This document shows positions 46,616-56,767 of a stretch of 64,000 nucleotides of DNA, piece by piece. The stretch lies in IMG/VR virus record IMGVR_UViG_3300006947_000007, positions 1 to 64,000 of that record. The stretch is one strand, 5' to 3'. The notes under the pieces are model-generated. The model was not told the origin of the DNA. It saw only the letters and a program-made list of their open reading frames with translations, and ran no database searches. This DNA is from a virus. Positions within the stretch are counted from its first letter, which is position 1. Every line of letters starts with the position of its first letter. The translations under genes and the position numbers were made by a program.

Positions 46616-47977
46616 TTAATCTATGTTTATTGTGTTAGGAGAGGTAATACCGAACGTAATTAGCGATTTAACCTTCTCATAAACATCAAAATCCTTAGAA
46701 TAGGTAGTTTTGAACACTTGATCCCATAAAAACATCCATCCTAGTGTATTGTGTTCCTGTGGATCATCACCCATAAATCGCAGTTCACTGTTGCTATAAG
46801 TTCCGTTTGTGACCAGTCCAGTTACCTTAGGGTCTTTATAGTTTTCAGATGCCCATTGTACAAACTTTTCAATCTTAGGGTATTTTTTCCTAATGTCAAT
46901 GCCTTGGTTGTGTAACACTATTGCCATAACTACCATTGATTGCCCAACTTCGTTGCCGCTTGATATTCCATAGTTGCCGCCATCACCGTTTCTGTGTTCA
47001 TTCTTAAACGTTCCGTCGTTTCGCATTGTACTGTAGAAATCCTCAAAGCCATTTACTCCTGCTGTAAAATATGTTTCATTATCATCAGCAATTCCCCAGA
47101 GCATATTTGCTACTTGTTTGTTAATTGTTTCGTGATTGCCTGCTTCGTGAAACGGTTTCCAGTTCCAGCGACTACCAATTGTACCGTTCATCGGCCCTTG
47201 CTCTAATGCCCATACTCTCTTTTCTAACCAGTTGTGTACTAGATTAAACTCTTCAGGTGAGTACATCTTATTTCTTTGTAATACAATGTGTGCTTCTATT
47301 AGCGGTATGATTGTGGGATAAAATCTACCTAAAGAATTAGAAAATCCCTGATAGTCTTCTTGACCATTTGCCTGTCTATAGATAAATGTACCGGCTTGTA
47401 ATTCTTTAAGCCATTTGCCGTCTGCTCCATCTATTAATCCTTCTTTTAAATTTGTAAGGTTATTAGATTGTAGTAAATGAGATATGTCATAGGCGTGTCT
47501 ATAAGGAGCATACATTCCACCGTTAACTGGATATCCTAATTCTTTATTCTTTGGATTTAGTATTACCATCTTGTCGCCACCGTTTTCGTCAACACTCGGA
47601 GCATACAGTATATTATCAAAATAAGATCGCCATTGTAAATTGTCACATGTATTCATCGCACACTGGTACAACGGATAGTAGTCATCTACTGTCCAGGTTT
47701 CTCCCCATACTCCGGACATATTTGTAGGAGTATAGCTTCCGTTGCCTGCTATATTAATTGCCCTGTTAGTACCATCAAAGGAACTTTTACCTACAAACAA
47801 TACTGGCTCTTTGATTAGGTTTTCTATTATTACATTACAAGACCCTGTTCTAGCACAATTATATCCGTATGCCTTTCCAGTTGGCCAATCAGCTTTGGCT
47901 TGTGTTGTAAAACATAATGCCCCTAGCACTACTAAAAGAGTCATCATCTGGTAGATTAGTATTTTATTTTTGTTCAT
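46616..47977 (-). CDS. Exported protein with alginate-lyase-like (alpha/alpha) C-terminal domain
   Basis: Signal peptide ending AKA; GNH..A.MLWG..D...F..G.......MRNDGTF.NE.R resembles PL5 NNH..DG.LPNE..R. Confidence 0.5.
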   Translation of the reverse strand: MNKNKILIYQMMTLLVVLGALCFTTQAKADWPTGKAYGYNCARTGSCNVIIENLIKEPVLFVGKSSFDGTNRAINIAGNGSYTPTNMSGVWGETWTVDDYYPLYQCAMNTCDNLQWRSYFDNILYAPSVDENGGDKMVILNPKNKELGYPVNGGMYAPYRHAYDISHLLQSNNLTNLKEGLIDGADGKWLKELQAGTFIYRQANGQEDYQGFSNSLGRFYPTIIPLIEAHIVLQRNKMYSPEEFNLVHNWLEKRVWALEQGPMNGTIGSRWNWKPFHEAGNHETINKQVANMLWGIADDNETYFTAGVNGFEDFYSTMRNDGTFKNEHRNGDGGNYGISSGNEVGQSMVVMAIVLHNQGIDIRKKYPKIEKFVQWASENYKDPKVTGLVTNGTYSNSELRFMGDDPQEHNTLGWMFLWDQVFKTTYSKDFDVYEKVKSLITFGITSPNTINID

Positions 47978-48473
47978 TCTCTCTCCGGTATAGAACTTCA
48001 TCAAGTGATATCGGTGTGGCATTTATTTGCTCAACTGATACATTAACATACCTTTGATCAGGCAAAACTTGATCATGTATGTGTCCGTGTATATTAGCAT
48101 CAAATCTTAACAACTGTTGCGGGTGAACAGGGATATGTGTTAATATCATTTTATAGAGTTCAAATGCCCCACGAATGTCTTTAAAATACTTCATGTAATC
48201 TTTTACAGCAAATTGATCATGGTTACCTTTTATAAGAACTTTATTACCATTTAGTTGTTCAAGTATAGCTAACTTCCTTCTAGGAAATGCTACATCACCT
48301 AAATGATAAACTCTATCGTGTGGTTTAACAACACTATTCCATCTCTCGACCATGACAGCATCACCTTCCTCAGAGTTGTCAGCAAAATTTCTAACTCGTC
48401 TACCATCTTCGTGGGTAAAATGATATACAGCTTCGTGCCCGAAGTGTGTGTCACCTATAAAGAATCTTTCCAT
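47964..48473 (-). CDS. Calcineurin-like metallophosphoesterase
   Basis: DTHFGH, LGDV, GNHD, TH.P, HGHIH. Confidence 0.9.
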   Translation of the reverse strand: MERFFIGDTHFGHEAVYHFTHEDGRRVRNFADNSEEGDAVMVERWNSVVKPHDRVYHLGDVAFPRRKLAILEQLNGNKVLIKGNHDQFAVKDYMKYFKDIRGAFELYKMILTHIPVHPQQLLRFDANIHGHIHDQVLPDQRYVNVSVEQINATPISLDEVLYRRENEQK

Positions 48474-48589
48474 TTTAGTATCCTATTTGAGTTTACTTTC
48501 TTTTAGTCGTTTAAGTTTAGCAACTAACTTGTCAGTTTCATTTAATGCCCTTACGACATCTTTGGGATTATTTTTTAAACTGTTAAAAC

Positions 48590-48931
48590 TCATGATTCTT
48601 CTTCAGTGTGTCTTCCGCCATCGAATACACATACAAAATAAATACCACCTGGTCCTGCTTCAACTTTATGAAACACTCCGTCCTCAATCAGAACCATTTC
48701 GCCCTCTTTAACCAAAAACCTATCGTCATCTATTGTCATCCAACCGTTGCCTTTAATAAACATATACACTTCTTCTTGTCCTTCGTGTTTATGTCCATTA
48801 GTAGATCTATTTGCTTTAAGACTTGTAGAACTTACAACGAGGTTTTTAAGAGAAGTATTATCAGTAACTGTATACCTGGCGTCTTTCTTAACTACTTCGC
48901 CACCTACATCATTTATTTTAACTTTAAGCAT
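48590..48931 (-). CDS. Cupin domain protein
   Basis: GHKHEGQEEVY.F..G.G, I.DGVFHKV. Confidence 0.85.
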   Translation of the reverse strand: MLKVKINDVGGEVVKKDARYTVTDNTSLKNLVVSSTSLKANRSTNGHKHEGQEEVYMFIKGNGWMTIDDDRFLVKEGEMVLIEDGVFHKVEAGPGGIYFVCVFDGGRHTEEES

Positions 48932-49235
48932 CTGGTTCTATTCTATCTATGGCGCCCGGTGCCCAGGCACTATTCTTAGTAGCTGACTCTTCAGTACGGG
49001 CTTCGTTGGCTTTTATCATCTTCTTCCATTCAGGTGAATCAAATCCGTAATTCTTCTTTGATGATGCTTCAACCTTATTAATTAATCTTAAAATACCCAC
49101 AGACATTTCAGCTCTGCCTTCATTAAGTTGTTCAGTACCATCAGTAACTTCAACACCTTCTTCTAGAATTTCAATCTCTTCGAGGCAGGTCATTTTTACT
49201 GCTTCAATTATTTCTTTTGCTTTTTCTAAATCCAT
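48924..49235 (-). CDS. Hypothetical protein
   Basis: GGAG SD, in-operon. Confidence 0.6.
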   Translation of the reverse strand: MDLEKAKEIIEAVKMTCLEEIEILEEGVEVTDGTEQLNEGRAEMSVGILRLINKVEASSKKNYGFDSPEWKKMIKANEARTEESATKNSAWAPGAIDRIEPDA

Positions 49236-49238
49236 TTC

Positions 49239-49544
49239 TTACTCCTCTATGTAAACTGAAAACCGTTCAGCCATCGCTTTAGTACAGTCGTTCATCCATA
49301 AGTTCTTAGGTCTAGGTCCTCTATATCTAATTCTTTTCCTTTGAATGGGCATTGTATTTAACAGTTGTATAACCGACGAATGTAGATTCATTGGCACATT
49401 TTTAAAAGTAGATCGTTCATCTTCAGGACTAAAATACTGCTCAAGTATCGAGTGTTCGTCTATAGTTAAACAACTAAACATTAAAAATTTAAAATTATTG
49501 CTTGTCATAATCTTTCCATCTAAATTCATCTTTCGACCATTCAT
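49239..49544 (-). CDS. Hypothetical protein (start uncertain)
   Basis: RIRYRGPR..AERFSVY motif. Confidence 0.55.
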   Translation of the reverse strand: MNGRKMNLDGKIMTSNNFKFLMFSCLTIDEHSILEQYFSPEDERSTFKNVPMNLHSSVIQLLNTMPIQRKRIRYRGPRPKNLWMNDCTKAMAERFSVYIEE

Positions 49545-49884
49545 GATCTTCGTAGTTTAGAAACTCCTCGTTAGTTTCAATGTCAACATCTTCATAAGGA
49601 ACACATTCAGCAATTTTTTCTGATGACGAAGTGTCAGCAAAGTTAAAGTCTGAGGAATACACTTCTAAAGGAGTATCTGGACTAAAACCTTCTTCCCATA
49701 CTATTTCCTCTATGCCACCTAGTTCGATTACAGCCTTCTCGGCTTCTTCTTTAGAGGTAGCAATTACATCATATGTAACTTGAGCATTATAATACTGCCT
49801 AACTCTAAACTTTTGCTTACCTATGTCCTTGTGTGGATCATCTTTTTTATAAGTTCCGTCTATTATTTTTACTTCTTCAGTCAT
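49495..49884 (-). CDS. Acidic hypothetical protein
   Basis: TAATG-coupled to ligase. Confidence 0.6.
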   Translation of the reverse strand: MTEEVKIIDGTYKKDDPHKDIGKQKFRVRQYYNAQVTYDVIATSKEEAEKAVIELGGIEEIVWEEGFSPDTPLEVYSSDFNFADTSSSEKIAECVPYEDVDIETNEEFLNYEDHEWSKDEFRWKDYDKQ

Positions 49885-51221
49885 TATAGCTTCTCCCCTA
49901 CTTCAAAGCCTCTAAAAGTTTTAAACCTTGGAAACCTTAAACTAAATGTTCCGTCTTGGTTCTGTGTAACAGCGTCGGCTCTAACTTCCGCTACTTGCCC
50001 AATTAATGCTTGTTTGTCTTCCCAAAAACTATCTCTTTGGGCATCACTTAAACCACTACCAACATTAACTTTAATATCTTTGCCATCATCTGTACCTTCA
50101 CAAACTAAAGCACCTAACTTACCTTCAAGTCTACCTGTGCCTTCTTCAGTTGACATAACAGTTAATGATACTTCAATGAAAGGTTTCATCTTTAACCAAC
50201 TATGACTCCTCTTACAAGTATAACCTGCTTCAATGTCTTTAATCATTACGCCTTCGTAACCACCTTCAACTGCTAGTTTGTTAATCTCTGTAAACCTTGC
50301 TTCGCCCTCTGGCGTATCCAAATTAACATCTTCCCACTCTAACCCACTAACATGAGGAAGTGCTTCGCTGTTTGATTCAACCCAGTCTTTAATGCTTTTA
50401 CTTCGCAAGTTTTGGGATATGTTCCACAAACCTTTTTTAAAGTCTGCTAAAGGAATTAGGTCAAACAAGTATAGCACGGCATCTATTGCTCCTGCTGAAC
50501 TCTTTCTATGAACTTGTTTCATTAAATCTTGAAAGTTATCACTCATAACCTCACCATCTAATACCATGTCCTCATCAAAGTCTGCTACTGCTTTAATTTC
50601 CTCACATATGTGATCGAAGTTATTAAACTGTTTGCCATTTCTACTAAACATTTCAACAGTACCACCATTTGCTTTACTTTTAACAATAGTAATAACTCTT
50701 ACTCCGTCTAGCTTAATTTCGATTTGCTTAGTGCCACTCATTTTCTTTTCATGGTTAGCAGAATCATGTGCTAACTGACAAGTAAATGTAGGAATAATAT
50801 ACTGTGGTGCCTTTGCTTTCTTGGCTACATTGTTAATAGTCTTTTCACTTGTACCACATTTAAAGTCTTTAATAAGAATAAGTCTATACCAATCGTTCCA
50901 TTGTTCGATTGTAGCCCTGTTCATAATCTCAATAATTTTGTCCCTAGCATCGTGTCCTGTTAGTTCTCTATTTTGTAAAGGAGTTGCTAGTTCTGTAACA
51001 AAGTCAGTCCAAACAAGGCCTACACCCTCGTTCTCAGTTTTTTCTGGAACTTGTTTAACACCAAATGTAACAAGTTTATCTAGCGTTAGTTTAGCACCAG
51101 CAAAGAATACTTCATTCTCAGAACCAATCTCACCTAGTATAACAGTTTCTTTAAATATTCTACTGTTATCAGATCTAAGTTTTTGTATTACTTGCCAAGA
51201 TTCCATTTTATATAAATTCAT
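49884..51221 (-). CDS. lig: ATP-dependent DNA ligase (start revised)
   Basis: EIKLDGVR (KxDG), FSRNGK, LDGE, FD, EGVMIK, WLKMK, VGSG, LRFPRF. Confidence 0.93.
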   Translation of the reverse strand: MNLYKMESWQVIQKLRSDNSRIFKETVILGEIGSENEVFFAGAKLTLDKLVTFGVKQVPEKTENEGVGLVWTDFVTELATPLQNRELTGHDARDKIIEIMNRATIEQWNDWYRLILIKDFKCGTSEKTINNVAKKAKAPQYIIPTFTCQLAHDSANHEKKMSGTKQIEIKLDGVRVITIVKSKANGGTVEMFSRNGKQFNNFDHICEEIKAVADFDEDMVLDGEVMSDNFQDLMKQVHRKSSAGAIDAVLYLFDLIPLADFKKGLWNISQNLRSKSIKDWVESNSEALPHVSGLEWEDVNLDTPEGEARFTEINKLAVEGGYEGVMIKDIEAGYTCKRSHSWLKMKPFIEVSLTVMSTEEGTGRLEGKLGALVCEGTDDGKDIKVNVGSGLSDAQRDSFWEDKQALIGQVAEVRADAVTQNQDGTFSLRFPRFKTFRGFEVGEKL

Positions 51222-51229
51222 ACAGTCTC

Positions 51230-51568
51230 CTATTTCAAGTAAAGTGGGCCAGTCCAACGAACTGTATAGCCACCGTCTAATATGTTGCCACGTGCCTTGT
51301 TTAAAGCAGGAGCATTCCAACCCGCCGCTTTAAGGATATCACCTTTTTTAAAATGTTTAAAGTCTGCCTTAACAACGAATCCCCAAACAGTATTATCTCT
51401 AATAATTTTGATATACTTACTGCCTTCTGTAACAGTAGTTTGTTCATCAAAGTTGTTAACTTGGTCTAACATATAACCACTTAGTTGTTCCTTGCCGTTT
51501 CGCGTAGCGAACCTAATGTAGTCTTTCTTGATTGCTTTTTTTAAGTGTTTAATTGCTTGTTCTAACAT
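51230..51568 (-). CDS. Conserved early phage protein
   Basis: KYIKI..VWGFV..GDILKAAGWNAPALNKARGNI..WTGPLYL. Confidence 0.7.
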   Translation of the reverse strand: MLEQAIKHLKKAIKKDYIRFATRNGKEQLSGYMLDQVNNFDEQTTVTEGSKYIKIIRDNTVWGFVVKADFKHFKKGDILKAAGWNAPALNKARGNILDGGYTVRWTGPLYLK

Positions 51569-51603
51569 AATTTATTCCTTATCTTTTATTAACTATACTA
51601 TGT

Positions 51604-51671
51604 ATTATACACTCATTAAGGCCAAAAGTCAACCAAAAAAGCATCTTATTTGCCACGGTAAGTCATTGATA
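51604..51671 (-). promoter_or_regulatory. Early promoter TTGACT-17-TATAAT with upstream IHF consensus site
   Basis: TATCAA-TGAC-TTA at 51659-51671 (minus strand), 26 bp upstream of -35. Confidence 0.78.
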
Positions 51672-51697
51672 CTACTACATTTTCAATCTTTTTTTGG

Positions 51698-51728
51698 TTT
51701 TGGCCTACGTTTTGGCCTACGTTTTGGC
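51698..51728. repeat. Tandem 12-bp repeat TTTTGGCCTACG (about 2.6 copies)
   Basis: Read directly at the island boundary; duplicates the stop codon region of 51717-52403. Confidence 0.75.
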
Positions 51729-52403
51729 GAAATTTGACAGTAATTCGTCGTTTCGGGTGGAGTATAAGTCAATCCAATACTGTAAAGTATCTAGTTGTGC
51801 TTCGCTTATAGTTGTAGATAGTGTAAAGTTAATAAACTTCCTAACTGTTTCTCTGTAACAAAATGTGTATAAGTCATCAGCTTCTATCGTACAAAGAGGT
51901 AAGTTCTTTCGTACTGCTTTGTTATTGGTCGTCCATTGGTCTGGATCATAATCAGGAACATGGCCGTTCTTTATTTGAAATAGTCTATAAAACTTCTTTG
52001 CCATTTCGTCTGTCGAGCCTAGGTGAAATATTATATTAATGTTACTGAAATGGTCCTCTAACCATGTAGGATAAGAATGTATAACACCAAAGTGTATTGC
52101 TCCATCCTTTGCTATTATATCATCAAAGTATTTCAGTCTTTCTTCTGTTGTTTCTATATTGTATTGATCATTCCACGATGTGCCGCCCAACGTTATATTC
52201 TTCTTAGCCGGCCCGGGTGTATTAAATTCAAGTCCATGTGTCCATGTGTCCCATCTATTCTTAAAATCTTGCTTAGTTGAGTGGATTGGTGTCTGTCCCA
52301 GCTTGTATTCTTGTTCGCTCATGATCATATGCTGTAGGAACATTAAAAAGTGAGTTCCTGCGCCTTCTGTTATAATGCTCATTGTTACAGGGGCATTATT
52401 CAT
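51717..52403 (-). CDS. Sulfotransferase/P-loop-fold-like protein, paralog family A
   Basis: GAGTHFL..LQ N-term; Y...N.EL C-term. Confidence 0.5.
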   Translation of the reverse strand: MNNAPVTMSIITEGAGTHFLMFLQHMIMSEQEYKLGQTPIHSTKQDFKNRWDTWTHGLEFNTPGPAKKNITLGGTSWNDQYNIETTEERLKYFDDIIAKDGAIHFGVIHSYPTWLEDHFSNINIIFHLGSTDEMAKKFYRLFQIKNGHVPDYDPDQWTTNNKAVRKNLPLCTIEADDLYTFCYRETVRKFINFTLSTTISEAQLDTLQYWIDLYSTRNDELLSNFAKT

Positions 52404-53082
52404 TTAACAATTCCTTATTAAGTTTTGTATATGTTTTGATCATTTCACATATGGGGTCTAATCGTTCTTGATTGATATCGTTATAAGGTAACGTGTTTAT
52501 TAGAAACTTTTCTATTTCATTGTTATTAATCTCAAAGAAAAACTTCTTATATGATATCATAGTGTTGGGCGGATACAATTCAAATGCTGTTTCGTTTATT
52601 TTAAATATTCTATTAAGGTACTCGTGATCTAATATTTTATTAGGGTTCAAGCATTCTTCGTTGTTTTTTATATGGCCTTTTACTCGAGCTAACTTTTGAA
52701 CAAATTCCTGTGTCTCGATGTCCTCAACATTTACTGCAATTTCGTGAGTAATATGCTTCCATTGTTGTTCTATACCAACCGGGAAAGTATGCTGGAGCAA
52801 CATAGTATTTGTTATAATATTTTTGGACAGATCCCTGTAAAGTTCTTGACTCTTAACAACATCAAATCCAGTGGCTCTGGGCAGAGGTAATGACATCATA
52901 GGCATATCTTGTTGTAAGTGCCACACATTAAATGGTTTCTCTTCGTCCCAGATATTTCCTATGGGGAAGTCGGCTTCTTCTTTATACGGAACAATATCTC
53001 GATAGTATGCCTGTAAGTATCCTAAAAAAGATTTACCAGCACCCGCAGGAACTGTACATATATAAAGATGGTTATCATTCAT
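52396..53082 (-). CDS. Paralog family A protein
   Basis: GAGKSFL..LQ; MIKTYTKLNKELL. Confidence 0.5.
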   Translation of the reverse strand: MNDNHLYICTVPAGAGKSFLGYLQAYYRDIVPYKEEADFPIGNIWDEEKPFNVWHLQQDMPMMSLPLPRATGFDVVKSQELYRDLSKNIITNTMLLQHTFPVGIEQQWKHITHEIAVNVEDIETQEFVQKLARVKGHIKNNEECLNPNKILDHEYLNRIFKINETAFELYPPNTMISYKKFFFEINNNEIEKFLINTLPYNDINQERLDPICEMIKTYTKLNKELLNE

Positions 53083-54055
53083 CCAAAGTGCTCCATTTAT
53101 GTGACGTTAATACTTTGTTGCTCACTAGGTGCCAGTTTTTCATTATTTTAAGATTTGTATCGTGGTATCTTTTTAATAAATCTTGACACGTTGATATCAT
53201 ATTATCAGATGTGTCTGCCCCGGTAGTTGCTTGTAGGAATCGCTTAACAGTATTATAATCTTGATCAATAATCAACTCTGAGTAACTTATCTTAATTTTC
53301 GGCTTCATTCCGTATTTTCTAGCTATACAATATATCTTCCATTCAGTATTACATCGTTCGAGATTAGTTGAAATACTGTGTATAGGGACCGGTGGTGTTT
53401 TGTTACTATTATCCATAAACCTACGAACAGTCTTTCCGCCCAGATCTCCGTTGGCTGCATGTTTCAATGATGCTAAAAAATGGGTCCAAACAAATGTTTT
53501 GATATCCATATCGAGGAAAAAGACACATTCTGTTTCAACAAAAAATGGCAATGTTAATAGATCAGTGTGGACTTGTAGCTCGTGGGTTTCTGTAAAACGC
53601 AATACAAATGATATAAATTTAGACCAGGTCTGCTCCCACGTGGTATGCCTGTTTACTAAGTCCATAACATCCTGTTCTAAGTCTGCTGTTCGTTTTTGTC
53701 CGTGTATTGGATTTTTTGTAAGTTCTTTAAAATTAAGCCCGTAAATATCGTCCCATAAGTTGATTTTTCTATTCTCGGGGCTGATAGCCTCAATTTCGAT
53801 CTCACCTTTTGCTAACTCCTGAAGCACTCCTAAAAAACTGCCACCTGCACCGTATGGAGCAATCGAATAACATAATTTAATATCTCTATGCGGATTTAAT
53901 TCAAATAGTTTGAAGTGATTCTTTGGATGTCGAGTTTGTATCTCATTTCGCAAAGAACTTTCAGTAGCATTCATAAGTTGAGGTAGACCTATAGCACAGA
54001 CATACTTGTCAAAGTCTTGAAGTTGTTCCTGGCATTCTATTATTCTATGTTTCAT
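53075..54055 (-). CDS. Paralog family A protein
   Basis: GAGGSFL..LQ; ISYSEL; YHDTNLKI. Confidence 0.5.
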   Translation of the reverse strand: MKHRIIECQEQLQDFDKYVCAIGLPQLMNATESSLRNEIQTRHPKNHFKLFELNPHRDIKLCYSIAPYGAGGSFLGVLQELAKGEIEIEAISPENRKINLWDDIYGLNFKELTKNPIHGQKRTADLEQDVMDLVNRHTTWEQTWSKFISFVLRFTETHELQVHTDLLTLPFFVETECVFFLDMDIKTFVWTHFLASLKHAANGDLGGKTVRRFMDNSNKTPPVPIHSISTNLERCNTEWKIYCIARKYGMKPKIKISYSELIIDQDYNTVKRFLQATTGADTSDNMISTCQDLLKRYHDTNLKIMKNWHLVSNKVLTSHKWSTLDE

Positions 54056-54440
54056 CTACTGGCTCACTAATTACTCTCCGCCAGCTGAGACCGTTGTAGA
54101 AATATAGATCTTGTGTGTCGGAACAATACATTACCTGGCCAGGTAATGCTGGAAATGGTAAATTGCCAGACCTAGTAGGTTTTAATGCTATATGATTTGT
54201 TACTATACTGTTGGCATCAAATTCGTTGAATACAACAACTTCTCCAGATGCCTTAACTACTAATTTGTTATCGTTATTTTTATCAGCTACAGATAGTATA
54301 GCCAATGACTTAGGATACGTTGGGTCACCTGCCTTAATCCTAAGACCCATTCCTGCGTCATTTATATTATGTATAGTTAAGCCGTAGTCTTCTGTGCTAA
54401 TATCTATTATTGATTCTGGTAAGTCCTTCCTCTCACTCAT
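54045..54440 (-). CDS. Small fibre-like structural protein (start revised)
   Basis: GQVMYCSDTQDLYFYNG.SW motif shared with tail-fibre-like genes. Confidence 0.5.
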   Translation of the reverse strand: MSERKDLPESIIDISTEDYGLTIHNINDAGMGLRIKAGDPTYPKSLAILSVADKNNDNKLVVKASGEVVVFNEFDANSIVTNHIALKPTRSGNLPFPALPGQVMYCSDTQDLYFYNGLSWRRVISEPVDET

Positions 54441-55590
54441 AACTAGTGTCTCCCGGAAACAATGGTAATTTAGTTCCTGGTGCTCGTTTAGGTATCTTAC
54501 TATCTGCTGAACTAACACATGAAGGACTAATACAAGGCATAGGTTTACTAAACAACTTAAAGCCTGTTTCAATGTTTCCTAACGGTACATCCTTGCAACT
54601 GTAACTTCTTTTTACACTACCATCCGGTTCTCTAATAATAATACTACGATACCCTGAACTACATTCCCAGTCGGTGAACTTATTAAAGTTAAAAGCATTA
54701 AATCTTTCTGCTTGATCCATGTACCATTCCTTATGATTACTATCCTTAAACTCTACTTGGAAGTGTTGTGGCACACTCTCCTCACCAAAGTTTTTATATA
54801 TAGGATCAGGTGCTCTCATAAATGTAGGTGTGGGTCTTTCTACATTTATATTTTTAGATTCAGTAAATGCCCGCTGTGGCATTCCGTTGTGTAACCTTTC
54901 AAGCATGTCTTTAGTGTAACCGTCGACAACCTTAGACGCTGTTGGATCTGATTGAGGCTTGAGCGTAACGTTAATACCTCTATTGTGGAAATATAACGAT
55001 TCTTCCCATAGGTCTTCGAACCATTCGGGAACCATAACTTGGTTAATTGTGACTTGGACATCGTGTTCCTGGACGAAGCAAAGTTTATCGGCGAAGTCTT
55101 CTCGTTTCTCTTGTGTGTTAACGTGTTCCCTGTGGTATGAGGCTGTAATACTGGCTCTATGGAACGCTGATACAATTTTGACATATTTTTCAAACCATTT
55201 CATATTTCTCGACATGTTCGTAGTCATGTGTACACTAGTAAAATTAGTGTTGCTTACGTCATCTGCCAAGTGTTTCATTATATCTAAATAGCCAGGATGG
55301 AACGTTGGTTCACCTCCACTTAAACTAAAGTGAAAACTGTTAAATCCACGTTCACGTGCTTGGCGCTTAATCTCATCAACTGTTGTTAAACATAACTCAG
55401 TAGGCCTGAAATCTTTCTTATCACTTCTAGCATACGGCCAACAGTAAGAACATTTGTAGTTACAAAAACGTCCTAGTAACCAACTAACTGAAAACATATC
55501 TCTATACAGCATAGTTCGTTGTCCTACTCTAACTAAATCGTCAAAGGGGACTTTACTAAAATCGTAGTTGCTCCATTTTAAATCATTCAT
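54433..55590 (-). CDS. Radical SAM protein with C-terminal Cys cluster
   Basis: CNYKCSYC, SGGEPT, TTN, ASYH; C..G..C..C....C. Confidence 0.9.
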   Translation of the reverse strand: MNDLKWSNYDFSKVPFDDLVRVGQRTMLYRDMFSVSWLLGRFCNYKCSYCWPYARSDKKDFRPTELCLTTVDEIKRQARERGFNSFHFSLSGGEPTFHPGYLDIMKHLADDVSNTNFTSVHMTTNMSRNMKWFEKYVKIVSAFHRASITASYHREHVNTQEKREDFADKLCFVQEHDVQVTINQVMVPEWFEDLWEESLYFHNRGINVTLKPQSDPTASKVVDGYTKDMLERLHNGMPQRAFTESKNINVERPTPTFMRAPDPIYKNFGEESVPQHFQVEFKDSNHKEWYMDQAERFNAFNFNKFTDWECSSGYRSIIIREPDGSVKRSYSCKDVPLGNIETGFKLFSKPMPCISPSCVSSADSKIPKRAPGTKLPLFPGDTSYE

Positions 55591-56767
55591 TTAATAACTC
55601 CTTTGCCCACGGAAACATATCTCGATACTTAATGGGGTTATTAAAATCCCATAGTTGAACACTCGTATATAGTTCACGGCGTTCTTGGTTAGTAATTTCC
55701 CGTACATCATTCTTTATCCGATGAAGTAGTGTATGGTAACTGTTGCTAACATTTGTGGGGAAAGCAAAGTTGTCTAGTTGTTCTATTAGATTAGTTCGAT
55801 ACTTCATCGGAATTAGTTCCCAATTAAGGCAGGTAGGATAGTCGATATCATTCCATTCGATTTTACAAGTGATATTATCTTCTTTAATCCAGTTGAAAAA
55901 CTCAACGATTCCGAACAAATTTAAATGACTCCAACACGGTGTAATAGAAGTTGTTATTCCGTGCTCTAATAATATATTGTAATTTCTTTTTACTGATTTC
56001 CATCTTACTGGATAGCGTTGATATTCGATCCATTTGTCTACACCATCTATGCTACAGCCGATACTGGCACTATCGAATTGTTTAAGTATATCTAAGACAT
56101 AAGTTTTCACTGTAGTACAGTTTGTTAAGAAGAACGTATGTAAGTCTGTGCGGCCCGCTTTGATTAGTTTTATTAATAGTTCTTCTACTTCTGGCATTAC
56201 AAACGGTTCACCACCAGCAAATTTTATTTCTTTAATATTCTCATTGTTTAAAATAAATTCATATAAGCCTTTAACAGGATCAATATAACCAACACTACTG
56301 TAATATACAGCATTTTCATCCTTAGCAAATTGAATATCTAAAACGCCTGCCTCTGTAGCTGATACTATATTCTTTGCTATTTGGTCACTGTTGCCGGAGT
56401 AACACATCTTACATTGTAAGTTACATTTATTCGAAAGACGCACATCTATTATTTCTAATACAGGAGTATCAAAAGGATCTATTCTGCGTTCTTTATATAA
56501 TTTATTTGATTCTTGCCTTTTAGATATAGATCCACTGTCTTCTAATTTCCAACATGACACACAGCTCGACGGCCTAGTATCTGTTAGAAACTCATGCCGT
56601 ATATTATTTAATCCCTCATCAGTATGGAACCAGTTGTTCGATCCGCTAAGAGGTGTTCCCTTGTAACTATCTGTTTGTATACAGCAAGACTTATATCCGG
56701 GTGTAGTGTCGCCCGAATTATGATCTATATATAGTTCTCTGAACGGGATATAACAAAAGTTTTTCAT
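55583..56767 (-). CDS. Twitch-domain radical SAM protein
   Basis: FC..P, SCC, CVSC; CNLQCKMC, AGGEPF, SIDG. Confidence 0.9.
   Translation of the reverse strand: MKNFCYIPFRELYIDHNSGDTTPGYKSCCIQTDSYKGTPLSGSNNWFHTDEGLNNIRHEFLTDTRPSSCVSCWKLEDSGSISKRQESNKLYKERRIDPFDTPVLEIIDVRLSNKCNLQCKMCYSGNSDQIAKNIVSATEAGVLDIQFAKDENAVYYSSVGYIDPVKGLYEFILNNENIKEIKFAGGEPFVMPEVEELLIKLIKAGRTDLHTFFLTNCTTVKTYVLDILKQFDSASIGCSIDGVDKWIEYQRYPVRWKSVKRNYNILLEHGITTSITPCWSHLNLFGIVEFFNWIKEDNITCKIEWNDIDYPTCLNWELIPMKYRTNLIEQLDNFAFPTNVSNSYHTLLHRIKNDVREITNQERRELYTSVQLWDFNNPIKYRDMFPWAKELLNE

Noticed and set aside
27804-51333. Long antisense ORFs (27804-28328, 45443-45904, 49780-50205, 50821-51333 and similar)
   Set aside because: Fully overlap well-supported opposite-strand genes, have Ser/Leu/Ile-rich shadow composition and no motifs
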